Positions 54,370 to 64,000 of a stretch of 64,000 bases of DNA are shown in pieces. The notes under the pieces were generated by a model. That model saw only the letters and a list, made by a program, of their open reading frames with translations. It did no database searches and was not told the origin of the DNA. Within the stretch, counting starts at the first letter, position 1. The number at the start of each line of letters is the position of its first letter. Position numbers and translations under genes: made by a program. Source of the stretch: Clostridiaceae bacterium UBA6110 (GTDB taxonomy: Bacteria; Bacillota; Clostridia; Clostridiales; Clostridiaceae); NCBI GenBank assembly GCA_002428415.1, contig DIWI01000011.1, forward strand, positions 1,423-65,422. The letters are read 5' to 3'.

Positions 54370-55653
54370 TCACCTTTCAGTCACATGTACCCTCTTGTCA
54401 GAGGAGTATTCGCACTTTATAAGCACTTCTTCACCAGGTGCAGCTTTTATCTTGAACAACAGCGTATTTGAATTCTTTATCTCATATGCGGGGTTCGACC
54501 TTCCCGGCTCGAACTTTTCCCAAATATTCAATTCATAATGGACAACTGCAGTCTCCTTGCCGTGGTTAGTTATCTTCGCTTCCCACCTTACGTTGTCGAT
54601 ACCGTTCCTCTGATTCCTGGACGTCTCGCTGCCTTCCACTTCAATGTCGAAAGCTTTGCCGGTCTTAAGCTCGACTTCGCTGCCTTCAGGCATATGCCCT
54701 ATGGATGCTTCACCGATGAACCTGAGCGAGCTGCCGTCAAGGCTGTAGAGCCTGACCCTGCCTTCCGGAAGCGGCATGCCGAGCCCGCTTTCCTTATTGT
54801 TCATGAAGGTAATGACCGGCTGCGCTCCATCCATGGTATTGCCTGCCAGATAATGCCTGGTGAAAGGCACTTCGCTTCCAGAAAACAACTGTATCTGCCT
54901 TGATTCGCCATCTGGAATATCCGTCCTTGTCGGAAGTGAATACATGTGGTAATCGGAAACAGACCTTTGCTCAGCACCGTAAGCTGAATCTGACTGAATG
55001 GACTTCGCCATATACATCATCTCAGGCCGTCCAGTTGCTCTGGATACATTTCCTGCCATAAGTCTGACTATAGAGTTCCTGTATGTTCTCCCGCTGCTGT
55101 TAGTTATCCCTGCCCAGCCGGTAAGCTTCAGTCTTCCGTATCCAACTTCAGCATTATAGACCATTGCAAAGGAAAGACCTCCCGTTATGTACGATGCATT
55201 GATTTCGCTGCCTGCTTTCCTCACCTTCATCAGGATGCCGGGACTGGTCCTGATTCCATCAGGATGCAAAGGAAGTATCATTTCGTCATGGCTGTCGACA
55301 AAGATTTCTCCGGTCTCCACATCCTGAAATACAATCATTCCAGATGCCTCAAGCACCTTGACCAGCTTTACCGAACCAGTGTCCCTGTTCTTTAGGTGAA
55401 CTGTCCTGTCCTTGTACCTGCTGATGAGCCTTTCCCGGCTTATCAGGTCATATTCAAAGCTGTATTCCAAAACATCAAGTCCCCTTACCACGAGGGAGTC
55501 CGGCTCCATGAGCCCGGGGACGTCAAGATACTCAAGCTCCTTGGCTTCTTCCATTCCCTCAAGGCTCCTTGTTTCGCCTACGGTTCCAAAGCCATCGCTG
55601 TATATGGTAAGTTCAAGATTCTTAGTATCTGATGAACGGGATATTTTTCTCAT
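54370..55653 (-). CDS. DUF4139 domain protein (MuiA-like, function unknown)
   Basis: 427 aa and predicted all-beta. The N-terminal LELTIYSDGFGTVGETRSL and the general pattern resemble DUF4140/DUF4139 proteins. This is recognition by eye. Confidence 0.5.
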   Translation of the reverse strand: MRKISRSSDTKNLELTIYSDGFGTVGETRSLEGMEEAKELEYLDVPGLMEPDSLVVRGLDVLEYSFEYDLISRERLISRYKDRTVHLKNRDTGSVKLVKVLEASGMIVFQDVETGEIFVDSHDEMILPLHPDGIRTSPGILMKVRKAGSEINASYITGGLSFAMVYNAEVGYGRLKLTGWAGITNSSGRTYRNSIVRLMAGNVSRATGRPEMMYMAKSIQSDSAYGAEQRSVSDYHMYSLPTRTDIPDGESRQIQLFSGSEVPFTRHYLAGNTMDGAQPVITFMNNKESGLGMPLPEGRVRLYSLDGSSLRFIGEASIGHMPEGSEVELKTGKAFDIEVEGSETSRNQRNGIDNVRWEAKITNHGKETAVVHYELNIWEKFEPGRSNPAYEIKNSNTLLFKIKAAPGEEVLIKCEYSSDKRVHVTER

Positions 55654-55656
55654 ATC

Positions 55657-55956
55657 TTATTTCCTTTCGTCCTCATCGGTTTCAGGGACATAAATATTGA
55701 AATGTGACATGATGATTTCAGCGACAGGTACGTATATTACAAACGCAGCTACATTCAGAGCAAACATCCCGGCAGGATACATCAATATGGTGATCCCAAT
55801 AATGACAGCAGTTATCCTCCTGAGTATTGAATCAAGCGCTATTATTTCCCTGTATTTTGTACCGCACTCACTGCACGTTATTCTTCTCCCGCGAAGAAGA
55901 GGCAATAGCCTCTCTCTTATACCGATTTTCTTCCCGCATTTCAGGCAGTTCCTCAT
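55657..55956 (-). CDS. CxxC-x20-CxxC zinc-finger membrane protein (TIGR04104-like)
   Basis: CLKCGKK...x20...CSECGTKY followed by two TM helices; 99 aa. It has an ATGA overlap with the upstream radical SAM gene and sits 3 nt before the DUF4139 gene. Confidence 0.55.
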   Translation of the reverse strand: MRNCLKCGKKIGIRERLLPLLRGRRITCSECGTKYREIIALDSILRRITAVIIGITILMYPAGMFALNVAAFVIYVPVAEIIMSHFNIYVPETDEDERK

Positions 55957-56879
55957 AATGCATTCCTGCCTTTCCTGTCAAATCGTCTGATATATGTGCA
56001 CCCTTTGCACAAATCTTCAACCAGCCTTCTTCCGTTGAAGCCCTCATAAATTGCGGTGGCTCTGTCTCTCTCAAGTATTTCCTTAAGCGGCGTCTCAAAT
56101 ATGTTTCCCAATGGTATACTTCCCTGGCTATCAAGGCAGCATGGGACAACTGTACCGTCGGCAAGTATTCCTATGTGGTCCCTCATGCCATGGCAGAATC
56201 CATATTCCACAGTGTTCAAGGCACCCTCTTCAGGCCAGACGAAACGTTCCTGGAAGCCCAGGTATATGCCTTGCTTCAGTTTTATCCCGTTTTTGCCCTT
56301 GCCAAGAGTCAGTATCTCCCTCTCAAGCCCAAGGCTTTCAAGAATATAGTATACTACTTTCTCATTCTCAGAATTCAGGCCTTCTGCCAGTTCTCCGGAC
56401 AGGTTCCAAAGCCTCAGCTCTATGATCACCCGTCCTGAGGCGGCTTCAGCAAAGTCCAGGATGTCCTTCAGATACTCTTCAAGTGAGGTCCCCATTTCGT
56501 TCGCTTCATAGCTGTGAAGCGAAAAGCTAACCTTGCGAAGTGCAGGAGATGCAAGAAGGACTTCACTCCTTAATCCAATCAGAGTGCCATTCGTCGCAAG
56601 GTTCACTTTAAGGCCCAGTTCTGAACAAATGTCAAGGAATTGCCCTATGCTGCCGTTCATGAGAGGCTCTCCCATAAGGTGAAAGCATACATGGTCAGTA
56701 AATTCCGAGACTTCCTCTGCTATATGCCGAAAGGACTTCGCCTCCATCATCAGCTTCTCTCGCTCTGTCTTTATGCAGAAGCTGCAGGTAAGGTTGCAGA
56801 TGTTGGTAGTCTCTATGTAAACCCTTTTAAATCTCTTCAATTGCTTCAGCCTTCCATAACGTACTATTTCAATACCCAT
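55953..56879 (-). CDS. Radical SAM/SPASM domain protein
   Basis: The CNLTCSFC (Cx3Cx2C) cluster lies ~26 aa from the N-terminus. The C-terminal Cys-rich SPASM-like region is FCHGMRDH...VVPCCLDSQGSIPLGNIFE...LCKGCTY. Confidence 0.8.
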   Translation of the reverse strand: MGIEIVRYGRLKQLKRFKRVYIETTNICNLTCSFCIKTEREKLMMEAKSFRHIAEEVSEFTDHVCFHLMGEPLMNGSIGQFLDICSELGLKVNLATNGTLIGLRSEVLLASPALRKVSFSLHSYEANEMGTSLEEYLKDILDFAEAASGRVIIELRLWNLSGELAEGLNSENEKVVYYILESLGLEREILTLGKGKNGIKLKQGIYLGFQERFVWPEEGALNTVEYGFCHGMRDHIGILADGTVVPCCLDSQGSIPLGNIFETPLKEILERDRATAIYEGFNGRRLVEDLCKGCTYIRRFDRKGRNAL

Positions 56880-56911
56880 TCTATCACAAATTGAATCTAA
56901 TCATCCACAGC

Positions 56912-56949
56912 GCAAAAGTAAGGGCTGCAGCCCAATAAGCTGCAGCCCT
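56912..56949 (-). terminator. Terminator of the second SH3b-deacetylase gene
   Basis: An 11-bp stem, AGGGCTGCAGC...GCTGCAGCCCT. On the minus strand it is followed by ACUUUUGCG. Confidence 0.7.
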
Positions 56950-56962
56950 ATGGATTTTACTG

Positions 56963-58456
56963 TCATGGAAGCATCTCGGCAACTGTCCTGAAGCTGTAGC
57001 CTTTGTCCTTCAGACCCTGTATTATCCTCGGAAGGGCTTCCGGTGTCTTGGCATAAGCCACATGCATCAGCACTATTCCATTGTCTGAAGCATATGTAAG
57101 CGCCCTGTTCACGATATAGTCTGTGGTAACAGTGACTCCATTGATGCTTTCTGCCCAATCATGTGTATCAACCGTCCATAGTACAGTATATGGATAGCCC
57201 TGTTCTCCTGCTACCTTAAGCACTGTGCTGTTATATTCTCCGAAAGGCGGCCTGAATAACGTAGGCCTTATTCCAAGTATGTTAGAGTAGATTTTTGTGC
57301 TTTCGGTGAATTCATACCTTATCTCCGCCTCAGTCATCTCATTCATGTGAGGATGCGTAAGGCTGTGGTTCTGTATGCTGTGCCCTCTTGCCTTGATCTC
57401 CTTCGCAAGGTCCTGATGGTCCTGAACCCAGTATGCCCTCAGGAAGAATGTAGCCTTTATTCCATAGTCGTCAAGCACATCGAGAATGGGTATCGTCTGG
57501 TCGAAAAGCCATCCTGCATCGAAGGTCAATGCTATATCCAATCCCGTTCTGTCAACAAGCCCTTTGTTTGTCGCAATCGAGCTCAATCCAGTTGAAAGAT
57601 ATGCAGTGTGGCACCAGCCCTTCGTTCCGTCATAGGTCACATATGCCCAGTAACCAGAGACCCAGTGGACTGACACACTTGAGCCCTTTGGCATTACTCT
57701 CAGTATCGGGTATGTTGTTCCAGGGCCGCTTCTAAGGTTAAGCTCCTCTGTTGTATATCTTGTATATATGACAGGGTCCTCAGCCGATACCTTCTGAAGG
57801 TAGTATGTGCTTGCATAGCCTGTCTTGCCGGAGTATACGAACTTTGCCCAACCAGCAGATTCTGAAATAACATTAACTGTAGTCCCTTTCGGTATTACTG
57901 CCAGTATCGGGTATGTTGTTCCAGGGCCCGACCTGAAGTTCAGGTTTGCGGTAGTTATCCTGAAGTCATTGACAGATGTTGAAACAGGCACAAGATATGA
58001 CATGGATGAATATCCTGTCTTACCGGAATAGGTTACCTTCGCCCAGTTGTTTTCAATTGACTCCGCCGTCACTGTGGTACCTTTCGGAATTACACCTATC
58101 ACAGGATATGCAGTTCCTGGTCCGCTCCTGATGTTAAGGTTTGCTGTCGTCATTAGCTGTACGCTTGTAGCTGTAGAAGCTGAAAGATATGTCATTGAAC
58201 AGTACCCTGTCTTTCCTGAATAGGTCACCTTCGCCCAGTTGTCTACTGTTGACTGTACCGTTACAGAAGTTCCCTTAGGAATCACTGCGATAACAGGGAA
58301 TGCAGTTCCTGGTCCGCTTCTAAGGTTCAGGTCTGCAGTTGTGACCCTTATGTCTTCAGCTGCCAGAGCCTTCATCTTTGTGAAACCGATTCCTGAAAAG
58401 ACAAGTGCTAATACTACGACCAGAGATAGTATGATGCTTCTCCTTTTAAGTTTCAT
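56963..58456 (-). CDS. Secreted protein with 4 SH3b repeats and a polysaccharide deacetylase (NodB) domain
   Basis: Signal peptide. Four repeats of TTANLNxRSGPGTxYPVIxVIPKGTxV...WAKVTYSGKTGY. NodB motifs IALTFDAG and HSIQNHSLTHPH. Confidence 0.85.
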   Translation of the reverse strand: MKLKRRSIILSLVVVLALVFSGIGFTKMKALAAEDIRVTTADLNLRSGPGTAFPVIAVIPKGTSVTVQSTVDNWAKVTYSGKTGYCSMTYLSASTATSVQLMTTANLNIRSGPGTAYPVIGVIPKGTTVTAESIENNWAKVTYSGKTGYSSMSYLVPVSTSVNDFRITTANLNFRSGPGTTYPILAVIPKGTTVNVISESAGWAKFVYSGKTGYASTYYLQKVSAEDPVIYTRYTTEELNLRSGPGTTYPILRVMPKGSSVSVHWVSGYWAYVTYDGTKGWCHTAYLSTGLSSIATNKGLVDRTGLDIALTFDAGWLFDQTIPILDVLDDYGIKATFFLRAYWVQDHQDLAKEIKARGHSIQNHSLTHPHMNEMTEAEIRYEFTESTKIYSNILGIRPTLFRPPFGEYNSTVLKVAGEQGYPYTVLWTVDTHDWAESINGVTVTTDYIVNRALTYASDNGIVLMHVAYAKTPEALPRIIQGLKDKGYSFRTVAEMLP

Positions 58457-58663
58457 TTCATTACCCCCTCGTAAGGAGAAAAGTGAACACGCTTTAATGG
58501 AACCATAAAAATTCCATCTGTCTACGATGCCATGATAACAATAAAATCATAAGCAATTGTTTCAATATGGAGTTAAACAGGTTATTATTCGGTTACAATT
58601 GTTACCTAAAAGCTGCTTTCCAATAATTTCAGTGCTCCCGATTTCTATTCAGACAATTTCCCC

Positions 58664-58697
58664 AACAAAAATAAAAACCAGCACTTTGCAGTACTGG
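58664..58697 (-). terminator. gpsA terminator
   Basis: CCAGTACT-gcaa-AGTGCTGG (one mismatch) followed by UUUUUAUUUUUG on the minus strand. Confidence 0.75.
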
Positions 58698-58705
58698 TAT
58701 TATGA

Positions 58706-59689
58706 TTATTCTGATTTCCTGTCCCTAAGCATCAGCGTCTTTATTGCTTCCTTCAGGTCTTTTCCCTGGAAAAGCACCTTGTAGATCTGGTCCGTTATCG
58801 GCATCTCGATGCCCATTATTTCCTTCAGCTCATAGAAAGCCTTTGTTGCCTTTATGCCTTCTACTACCATGCCTACCTTCTCTGCCGCTTCATCCATGGA
58901 GTAACCTTGACCAATCAGTATTCCGGCTCTCCTGTTCCTCGAATGCATCGAGGTGCAGGTAACGATCAGGTCTCCCATTCCGGTAAGCCCATAGAAGGTC
59001 TCCCGGTTTGCTCCGACTGCTTCGCCGACCCTTATTATCTCAGTCATTCCTCTGGTCATGAGGGCTGCTTTTGCATTGTCGCCATAGCCGACTCCATCGA
59101 GGATTCCAGCCGCGAGGGCAATAATGTTCTTTACTGCTCCGCCGATCTCGACGCCGATGAGGTCTTCATTGGTATATACCCTTATGGTATCTGAAAAGAA
59201 CAGGTCCTGTACCTTCTCAGCTGCGGTCATGTTCCTGGAGGCTGCCACCAGTGTGGTAGGCATTGACTTTGCCACCTCTTCCGCATGGCTTGGCCCGGAA
59301 AGTATTACCACAGGATTTTCAAGTATCTCCTCCATCGTGACTGAAAGCCTGCCATGAGTCTGTGGATCAAGTCCCTTGGCGATGCTTATAACGATAGTTT
59401 CCTTATCAAGATATCCCCTGACCTTTTCGCACATTTCACGGATCACGTGAGACGGAACTGCCAGCAGGACGAAATCCATGCCAGCAGCAGCCGACTTAAG
59501 ATCCGTAGTAGCACTTATGTCTCCGTCAAGTACACATTCAGGTGTATATCTGGTGTTGGTTCGGGAGGTGTTGATCTCATTTACGATCTCTTCCTTCCTG
59601 TCCCAGAGCACCACCTTGTTCTTTCTCTTTCCTAGATTGAATCCGAGGGCCGTACCGAAGCTCCCGGCGCCTATGATCCCTATTCTCAT
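58706..59689 (-). CDS. gpsA: NAD(P)H-dependent glycerol-3-phosphate dehydrogenase
   Basis: [15 protein letters not shown] Rossmann N-terminus and the GAVKNIIALAAG motif. Confidence 0.95.
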   Translation of the reverse strand: MRIGIIGAGSFGTALGFNLGKRKNKVVLWDRKEEIVNEINTSRTNTRYTPECVLDGDISATTDLKSAAAGMDFVLLAVPSHVIREMCEKVRGYLDKETIVISIAKGLDPQTHGRLSVTMEEILENPVVILSGPSHAEEVAKSMPTTLVAASRNMTAAEKVQDLFFSDTIRVYTNEDLIGVEIGGAVKNIIALAAGILDGVGYGDNAKAALMTRGMTEIIRVGEAVGANRETFYGLTGMGDLIVTCTSMHSRNRRAGILIGQGYSMDEAAEKVGMVVEGIKATKAFYELKEIMGIEMPITDQIYKVLFQGKDLKEAIKTLMLRDRKSE

Positions 59690-61002
59690 TAGCTCTTCCT
59701 CTCCCTGTATTCTATCTTTATACCGGTTCCCTTGAAGTCAAAGTTATCCCTTAACTGATTTTCGATATATCTTGCATACGAGAAATGAAGACATTCCGGA
59801 TCATTGACAAAGAACACGAATGTAGGAGGCTTTACGCCTGTCTGAGTACCGTAGTAAATCTTAAGCCTCTTTGTGCCAATTACCGGCGGCTCCTTCATCA
59901 TCAGAGCCTTTCCGATGACATCATTGAGCACTCCTGTGCCTATCTTCTTCGTGTAGTTGCTGTAACATTCCTGTGCCATTGTAAGGACCTTCTGAGTCCT
60001 CTGTCCGGTTAGTGCCGATATGAACAGGAATGGTGCGTATGCGAGGAAGTTCAGCTCTGACTTGAGGTTCTTCAGGTACTTGTCCATGGTCTTGTCATCT
60101 TTTTCGATGAGGTCCCACTTGTTGACGATGACCATAATGGCCTTTCTCATCTCATGGGCATATCCTATGATCTTCTCATCCTGGTCGGCTATTCCGTCCA
60201 CAGCGTCGATCATGAGCACCACGACATCAGCTCTTTCGATTGCCGTAAGAGTCCTTACAACTGAATATCTCTCGATCTCTTCCTTGACCTTGGACTTGCG
60301 TCTGAGGCCTGCGGTATCGACAAGAATGAACTTGCCCTCTTTAGTCTCAATGTAGCTGTCCAGCGCATCCCTTGTGGTACCGGGAATCTCTGAGACAATC
60401 GCCCTTTCTTCACCTAGAAGCCTGTTGATCAGGGATGATTTTCCCACGTTAGGTCTTCCAACAAAGGCAACCCTTACAACATCCTGGTCCTCTTCGACTT
60501 CATAGTCCGGGAAATGGCTTACCACTTCATCAAGAAGCTCACCAAGTCCAAGTCCCTGGGAAGCTGATATGGTTATCGGATTCCCTAGACCAAGGTTGTA
60601 GAATTCGAAGGCATTGTTCTCATCCTTGAAGTTGTCTATCTTGTTTACTGCGAGCACAATAGGCTTGCCGCTTCTTCTCAGCATTCCTGCCACTTCATGG
60701 TCGGAATCTGTAAGACCGGTCTTGCCATCAACAATGAATATTATGACATCAGCAGTTTCCATTGCCACCTGTGCCTGCCTTCTCATCTGGGCAAGTATGA
60801 TGTCATCGGATTTCGGCTCTATTCCGCCTGTATCTATCAGCTTGAAGTTATGTCTCAGCCAGTCGGCATCAGCGTATATCCTGTCCCTTGTGACTCCCGG
60901 AGTGTCCTCCACTATGGCAATCCTATGCCCGGCAAGTCTGTTGAAAAGTGTCGATTTGCCCACGTTAGGGCGGCCAACTATGGCCACTATCGGTTTTGCC
61001 AT
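59689..61002 (-). CDS. der: Ribosome biogenesis GTPase Der (EngA)
   Basis: Two tandem G domains ([12 protein letters not shown] and [12 protein letters not shown]) plus a KH-like C-terminus. Confidence 0.95.
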   Translation of the reverse strand: MAKPIVAIVGRPNVGKSTLFNRLAGHRIAIVEDTPGVTRDRIYADADWLRHNFKLIDTGGIEPKSDDIILAQMRRQAQVAMETADVIIFIVDGKTGLTDSDHEVAGMLRRSGKPIVLAVNKIDNFKDENNAFEFYNLGLGNPITISASQGLGLGELLDEVVSHFPDYEVEEDQDVVRVAFVGRPNVGKSSLINRLLGEERAIVSEIPGTTRDALDSYIETKEGKFILVDTAGLRRKSKVKEEIERYSVVRTLTAIERADVVVLMIDAVDGIADQDEKIIGYAHEMRKAIMVIVNKWDLIEKDDKTMDKYLKNLKSELNFLAYAPFLFISALTGQRTQKVLTMAQECYSNYTKKIGTGVLNDVIGKALMMKEPPVIGTKRLKIYYGTQTGVKPPTFVFFVNDPECLHFSYARYIENQLRDNFDFKGTGIKIEYRERKS

Positions 61003-61168
61003 TTATATCACCTCGAAAAATTGATTGCATTTGTATCCAATTAACTATGATACCCTATGCAGTTTCAAGAGTCAAATGCGATTTCAAGCAGATAGTCCCT
61101 TATTTAACCCAAAATATTTCAAAATCCAGAGCTTTTGGTCTTTTTAGCACCTGCTTTCTGACAAAACA

Positions 61169-61229
61169 GCAAAAAATGATCCCTCATGGTATCAGATCGG
61201 ACAGCATTCCGACAGACATCAGAGGGATC
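61169..61229 (-). terminator. Probable phoU terminator (long compound hairpin)
   Basis: GATCCCTC (61222-29) pairs with GAGGGATC (61178-85), enclosing an inner TCGGA/TCCGA stem. AUUUUUUG follows on the minus strand. Confidence 0.55.
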
Positions 61230-61245
61230 GGCAATAGTCACTTAT

Positions 61246-61902
61246 TCACAGATTTAGCTCTACATGTTCTCCAGTTTCGATATAGATAGTCCACTCACAG
61301 ACATTTGTCATGTGGTCTCCAATACGCTCAAGATACTTCATTGCAAAATTCAGCTGAGCTGCTATAATTGCAAATCCCGGCTCCTGCTTTACATGAGCAT
61401 AAAGCTTCCTTACTGAGGCCACATAATTGTCGTCAATGATGTCATCAAGCTTTGTTACCTCATAGGCCTTTTCACTGTCAAGGCTCACGAATGAATCAAG
61501 ACCTTCATGTATCATCCTGATGCAGGTATCCTTCATTGCCCTTATCTCATTGCTTAGAAAGGAAATTTCTTCATCATTTATATTAGTGGATACCCTGGCT
61601 ATGTCAACAGCATGGTCTCCTGCCCTCTCAAGGTCAGTAACTACCTTGATAGTGGTAAATAATATTCTGAGGTCCGAGGCTACCGGTTGGAGCGTTGCTA
61701 TGATCCTGACAGCTTCATCCTCAACCTGCCTCATGAGGTCATCAACTAATTTATCCCCTGACTTCACATCTTCTGCCATTTCGATGTCTCTTTCAAGCAG
61801 AGACCTGACTGCAAGTTCAACCTGTCTCTCAACAGCAGCTCCCATAGCTATTAGCTTTTTATTGATGCTTGCTATCCCTGACTCCAGTGTCTTATATGAC
61901 AA
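61246..61902 (-). CDS. phoU: Phosphate signalling complex protein PhoU
   Basis: Two PhoU repeats, each with a DxxxD-type motif (ERAGDHAVDIA, ERIGDHMTNVCE). The preferred start is TTG 61902, 8 nt after AGGAGG; the track starts at GTG 61950. Confidence 0.9.
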   Translation of the reverse strand: MSYKTLESGIASINKKLIAMGAAVERQVELAVRSLLERDIEMAEDVKSGDKLVDDLMRQVEDEAVRIIATLQPVASDLRILFTTIKVVTDLERAGDHAVDIARVSTNINDEEISFLSNEIRAMKDTCIRMIHEGLDSFVSLDSEKAYEVTKLDDIIDDNYVASVRKLYAHVKQEPGFAIIAAQLNFAMKYLERIGDHMTNVCEWTIYIETGEHVELNL

Positions 61903-62100
61903 TATGCATTCCTCCTGGTTATCGATAAAAGGGACCAAACCGGCAATCACCCCATTAAGACAAGGTACCCCGGTTTTTCCATGCTCGATGTCAATTCACG
62001 GACCTACCGGGCTTTCATTTCCTTTCAGTCACCTTTCTAATAATACGTTCCTGATGTTGAATCCATGTTTGACTTGTGTTAGGGATATGTAAATTCGGGA

Positions 62101-62144
62101 AAAATGCAAAAAGCAATGCCTGGTTTTTTTGCCAGGCATTGCTT
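62101..62144 (-). terminator. phoR terminator
   Basis: A 13-bp perfect stem, AAGCAATGCCTGG...CCAGGCATTGCTT, lies immediately after the stop. UUUGCAUUUU follows on the minus strand. Confidence 0.85.
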
Positions 62145-62145
62145 A

Positions 62146-63825
62146 CTAATCCATAGGTATCGATACAGTGAAGGTGGTTCCCCTCCCTGTTTCAGATTCA
62201 ACCTTTATCTCACCCTTCATTGAGAGGACGATATGCTTGACGATAGCAAGTCCCAGTCCAGTTCCACCCTTGGCTCTGTCCCTTGACTTGTCAACTCTGT
62301 AGAACCTTTCGAATAGCCTCGGCAGGTGTTCCTCGGGTATTCCTATACCAGTATCCTTCACCGAAAGGATCAACTTTCCAGCCGACTTTTCAATTCGGAC
62401 TTTCACCTTGCCATTTGGCTCGGTGTATTTTATGGCGTTATCTACGAGATTTATCACCATCTGGTTATAATTGTCCAAGTCCCCAATGAGAATCGGGTTA
62501 CCTGACGCTGTGAGCGTGAGCTCGATGCTCTTTGCTACAGCCATCTGGTGCAGCATGTCGCAGATCCTTCTTGTTTCCTCAACAGTATCGATTTCTTCAA
62601 GCTTAGGCTCCCTGTTCTGCTCCAGTGACGAGAGCGACAAGATGTCATTTATGAGCCTTGTAAGCCTCTCTGCCTCTTCATTTATGATATCCAGGAACTT
62701 AATCCGTGTCTTTTCATCATTTACAAACCTCAGGGTCTCGGAAAACCCCTTAATTGATGTCAGAGGAGTCTTCAGCTCATGGGATACGTTAGCTACAAAC
62801 TGGCTCCTGAGATTCTCAAGCCTCTTTATGTCCGTTATGTCCTGTATCACAATGACAACTCCGACCTTATTCATCCTTTCTCCAAGGATATCTGCCTTCT
62901 TCATCTTGAGGTCCTTGCCTTCTGGCGTCCTTATCGCAGCCACATTCTCTACCGATCCCAGATATTCGTAAACACTGGAGAGATTCGGGAAGCTTCCGAT
63001 TTTCATGCCAAGAGTATCGCCCCTGACGCTGAAAAGCTGTTTTGAAAAAGGATTCATCATTATGATGTTTTCGTTGTTGTCCAGGGCAATGACTCCGGAG
63101 TCCATGCTTTTCAGTATCGCTTCAAGCCTGTTCTGCTTCTCAAGAGATTCCACTATAGTTGTCTCAAGCCTTTCGGCCATATTGTTGAAGTTCCTGGAGA
63201 GCCTGGCAAGCTCCTCATCCTGCTTCAGCTCGACCCTTCTTGACAGTTCTCCTCTCGCAATCCTGTCGGTCGCGAAGGAAAGCTCCTCAATCGGTTCAAG
63301 CAGGAAGCCAGAGAGCCTCATGATAATTATCGTCGAAGCAAGAACTACAAGGAAAAGCGCAGTAGCAAGGTATTTGATATAATTTCCGCTTAATGCGAAA
63401 TTACTGAACGGATATGCAGACCTTATGAAGCTTCCATCATCCAGCATCAGAGCAGAATAGACCATCTTTATCCCTATGCTGGCTGAAATCCTTATATCGG
63501 TGCCGGTTGCACCTTTGGTCGCCTCGATTATCTCTTTCCTGTAAAGATGGTTTTCAGAAATGTCATCCCTCAGGCTATCATATAAAATATCACCAGAGCT
63601 TGAAATGTAGGTTATTCTGGTATTCTCAGGAACTGATTCAAATATCCTTCCGATGTCCGTATTTCCGGATTCGATGTAATTTGCCAGTATCCGGTTGGTC
63701 TCCGCCAGCTTCTCCTTGATGTGGTCTGTATTCTGGAGGTCAGCAATAAGAAGAAATGCTGCAGTCATGAACATGACTATGAATGTGATGGCAATGATGA
63801 ATGAAGTTACAGTCCTCTTTCTCAT
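62146..63825 (-). CDS. phoR: Sensor histidine kinase, PhoR-like
   Basis: Two TM segments flank an extracytoplasmic domain, followed by HAMP and PAS domains. The H-box is SHELKTPLTSI; the N and G boxes are DNAIKYT and GGTGLGLAIVKHIV. Confidence 0.85.
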   Translation of the reverse strand: MRKRTVTSFIIAITFIVMFMTAAFLLIADLQNTDHIKEKLAETNRILANYIESGNTDIGRIFESVPENTRITYISSSGDILYDSLRDDISENHLYRKEIIEATKGATGTDIRISASIGIKMVYSALMLDDGSFIRSAYPFSNFALSGNYIKYLATALFLVVLASTIIIMRLSGFLLEPIEELSFATDRIARGELSRRVELKQDEELARLSRNFNNMAERLETTIVESLEKQNRLEAILKSMDSGVIALDNNENIIMMNPFSKQLFSVRGDTLGMKIGSFPNLSSVYEYLGSVENVAAIRTPEGKDLKMKKADILGERMNKVGVVIVIQDITDIKRLENLRSQFVANVSHELKTPLTSIKGFSETLRFVNDEKTRIKFLDIINEEAERLTRLINDILSLSSLEQNREPKLEEIDTVEETRRICDMLHQMAVAKSIELTLTASGNPILIGDLDNYNQMVINLVDNAIKYTEPNGKVKVRIEKSAGKLILSVKDTGIGIPEEHLPRLFERFYRVDKSRDRAKGGTGLGLAIVKHIVLSMKGEIKVESETGRGTTFTVSIPMD

Positions 63826-64000
63826 CCTTCGATATCGTTGAACCTGTAGCCTATTCCTCTGACAGTCTCAATGTAAACCGGATTCTTGTCGTCATTCTCC
63901 AGCTTCTGTCTGAGGTGTCTTATATGAACGTCTACGGTTCTTGTTTCCCCTGCATATTCGTATCCCCATATCTTGTCGAGGAGAAGGTCCCTCTTCATTA
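63822..64000 (-). CDS. OmpR/PhoB family response regulator (partial; only the C-terminal winged helix is in the window)
   Basis: My own translation: ...MKRDLLLDKIWGYEYAGETRTVDVHIRHLRQKLENDDKNPVYIETVRGIGYRFNDIEG*. The stop overlaps the kinase start (ATGA). Confidence 0.8.
   Translation of the reverse strand, partial: MKRDLLLDKIWGYEYAGETRTVDVHIRHLRQKLENDDKNPVYIETVRGIGYRFNDIEG

Overview
This is a low-GC Firmicutes (Clostridia-like) chromosomal segment with about 60 protein genes, more than 80% of them on the minus strand, plus two tRNAs. The backbone is housekeeping and matches the classical Bacillus/Clostridium efp...nusB-folD-xseAB-ispA-dxs-tlyA-nadK-argR-recN-spo0A block (16.9-31.6 kb). Also present:
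- scpAB, pdp-deoB-xerD and a type IV pilus/ComG-like operon fused to aroK
- rqcH, sbcDC, aconitase, gpsA-der and phoU-phoR with a partial phoP-like regulator
- a cobalamin riboswitch controlling a DUF4430 protein and an ECF S-component

I saw no transposase, prophage, CRISPR array or recognisable defence system. The parts that deserve a second look are:
1. The sporulation genes that normally sit inside this conserved block (spoIVB, the spoIIIA operon) are absent, although spo0A is intact.
2. An AT-rich islet lies next to tRNA-Val. It holds a decayed AAA+ ATPase gene, three phased 21-bp repeats and an ECF sigma module.
3. A tandem pair of paralogous ~96-aa proteins of unknown family carries duplicated promoter motifs.
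4. An uncharacterised, translationally coupled operon encodes radical SAM/SPASM - CxxC membrane protein - DUF4139.
5. efp has a structured ~170-nt leader.
6. A YdjI/YdjG/YdjH-like SPFH module has no pspA nearby.

All family assignments come from motif recognition by eye, because no searches could be run. I cannot point to a confidently novel system. The candidates above are ranked by interest in the findings.
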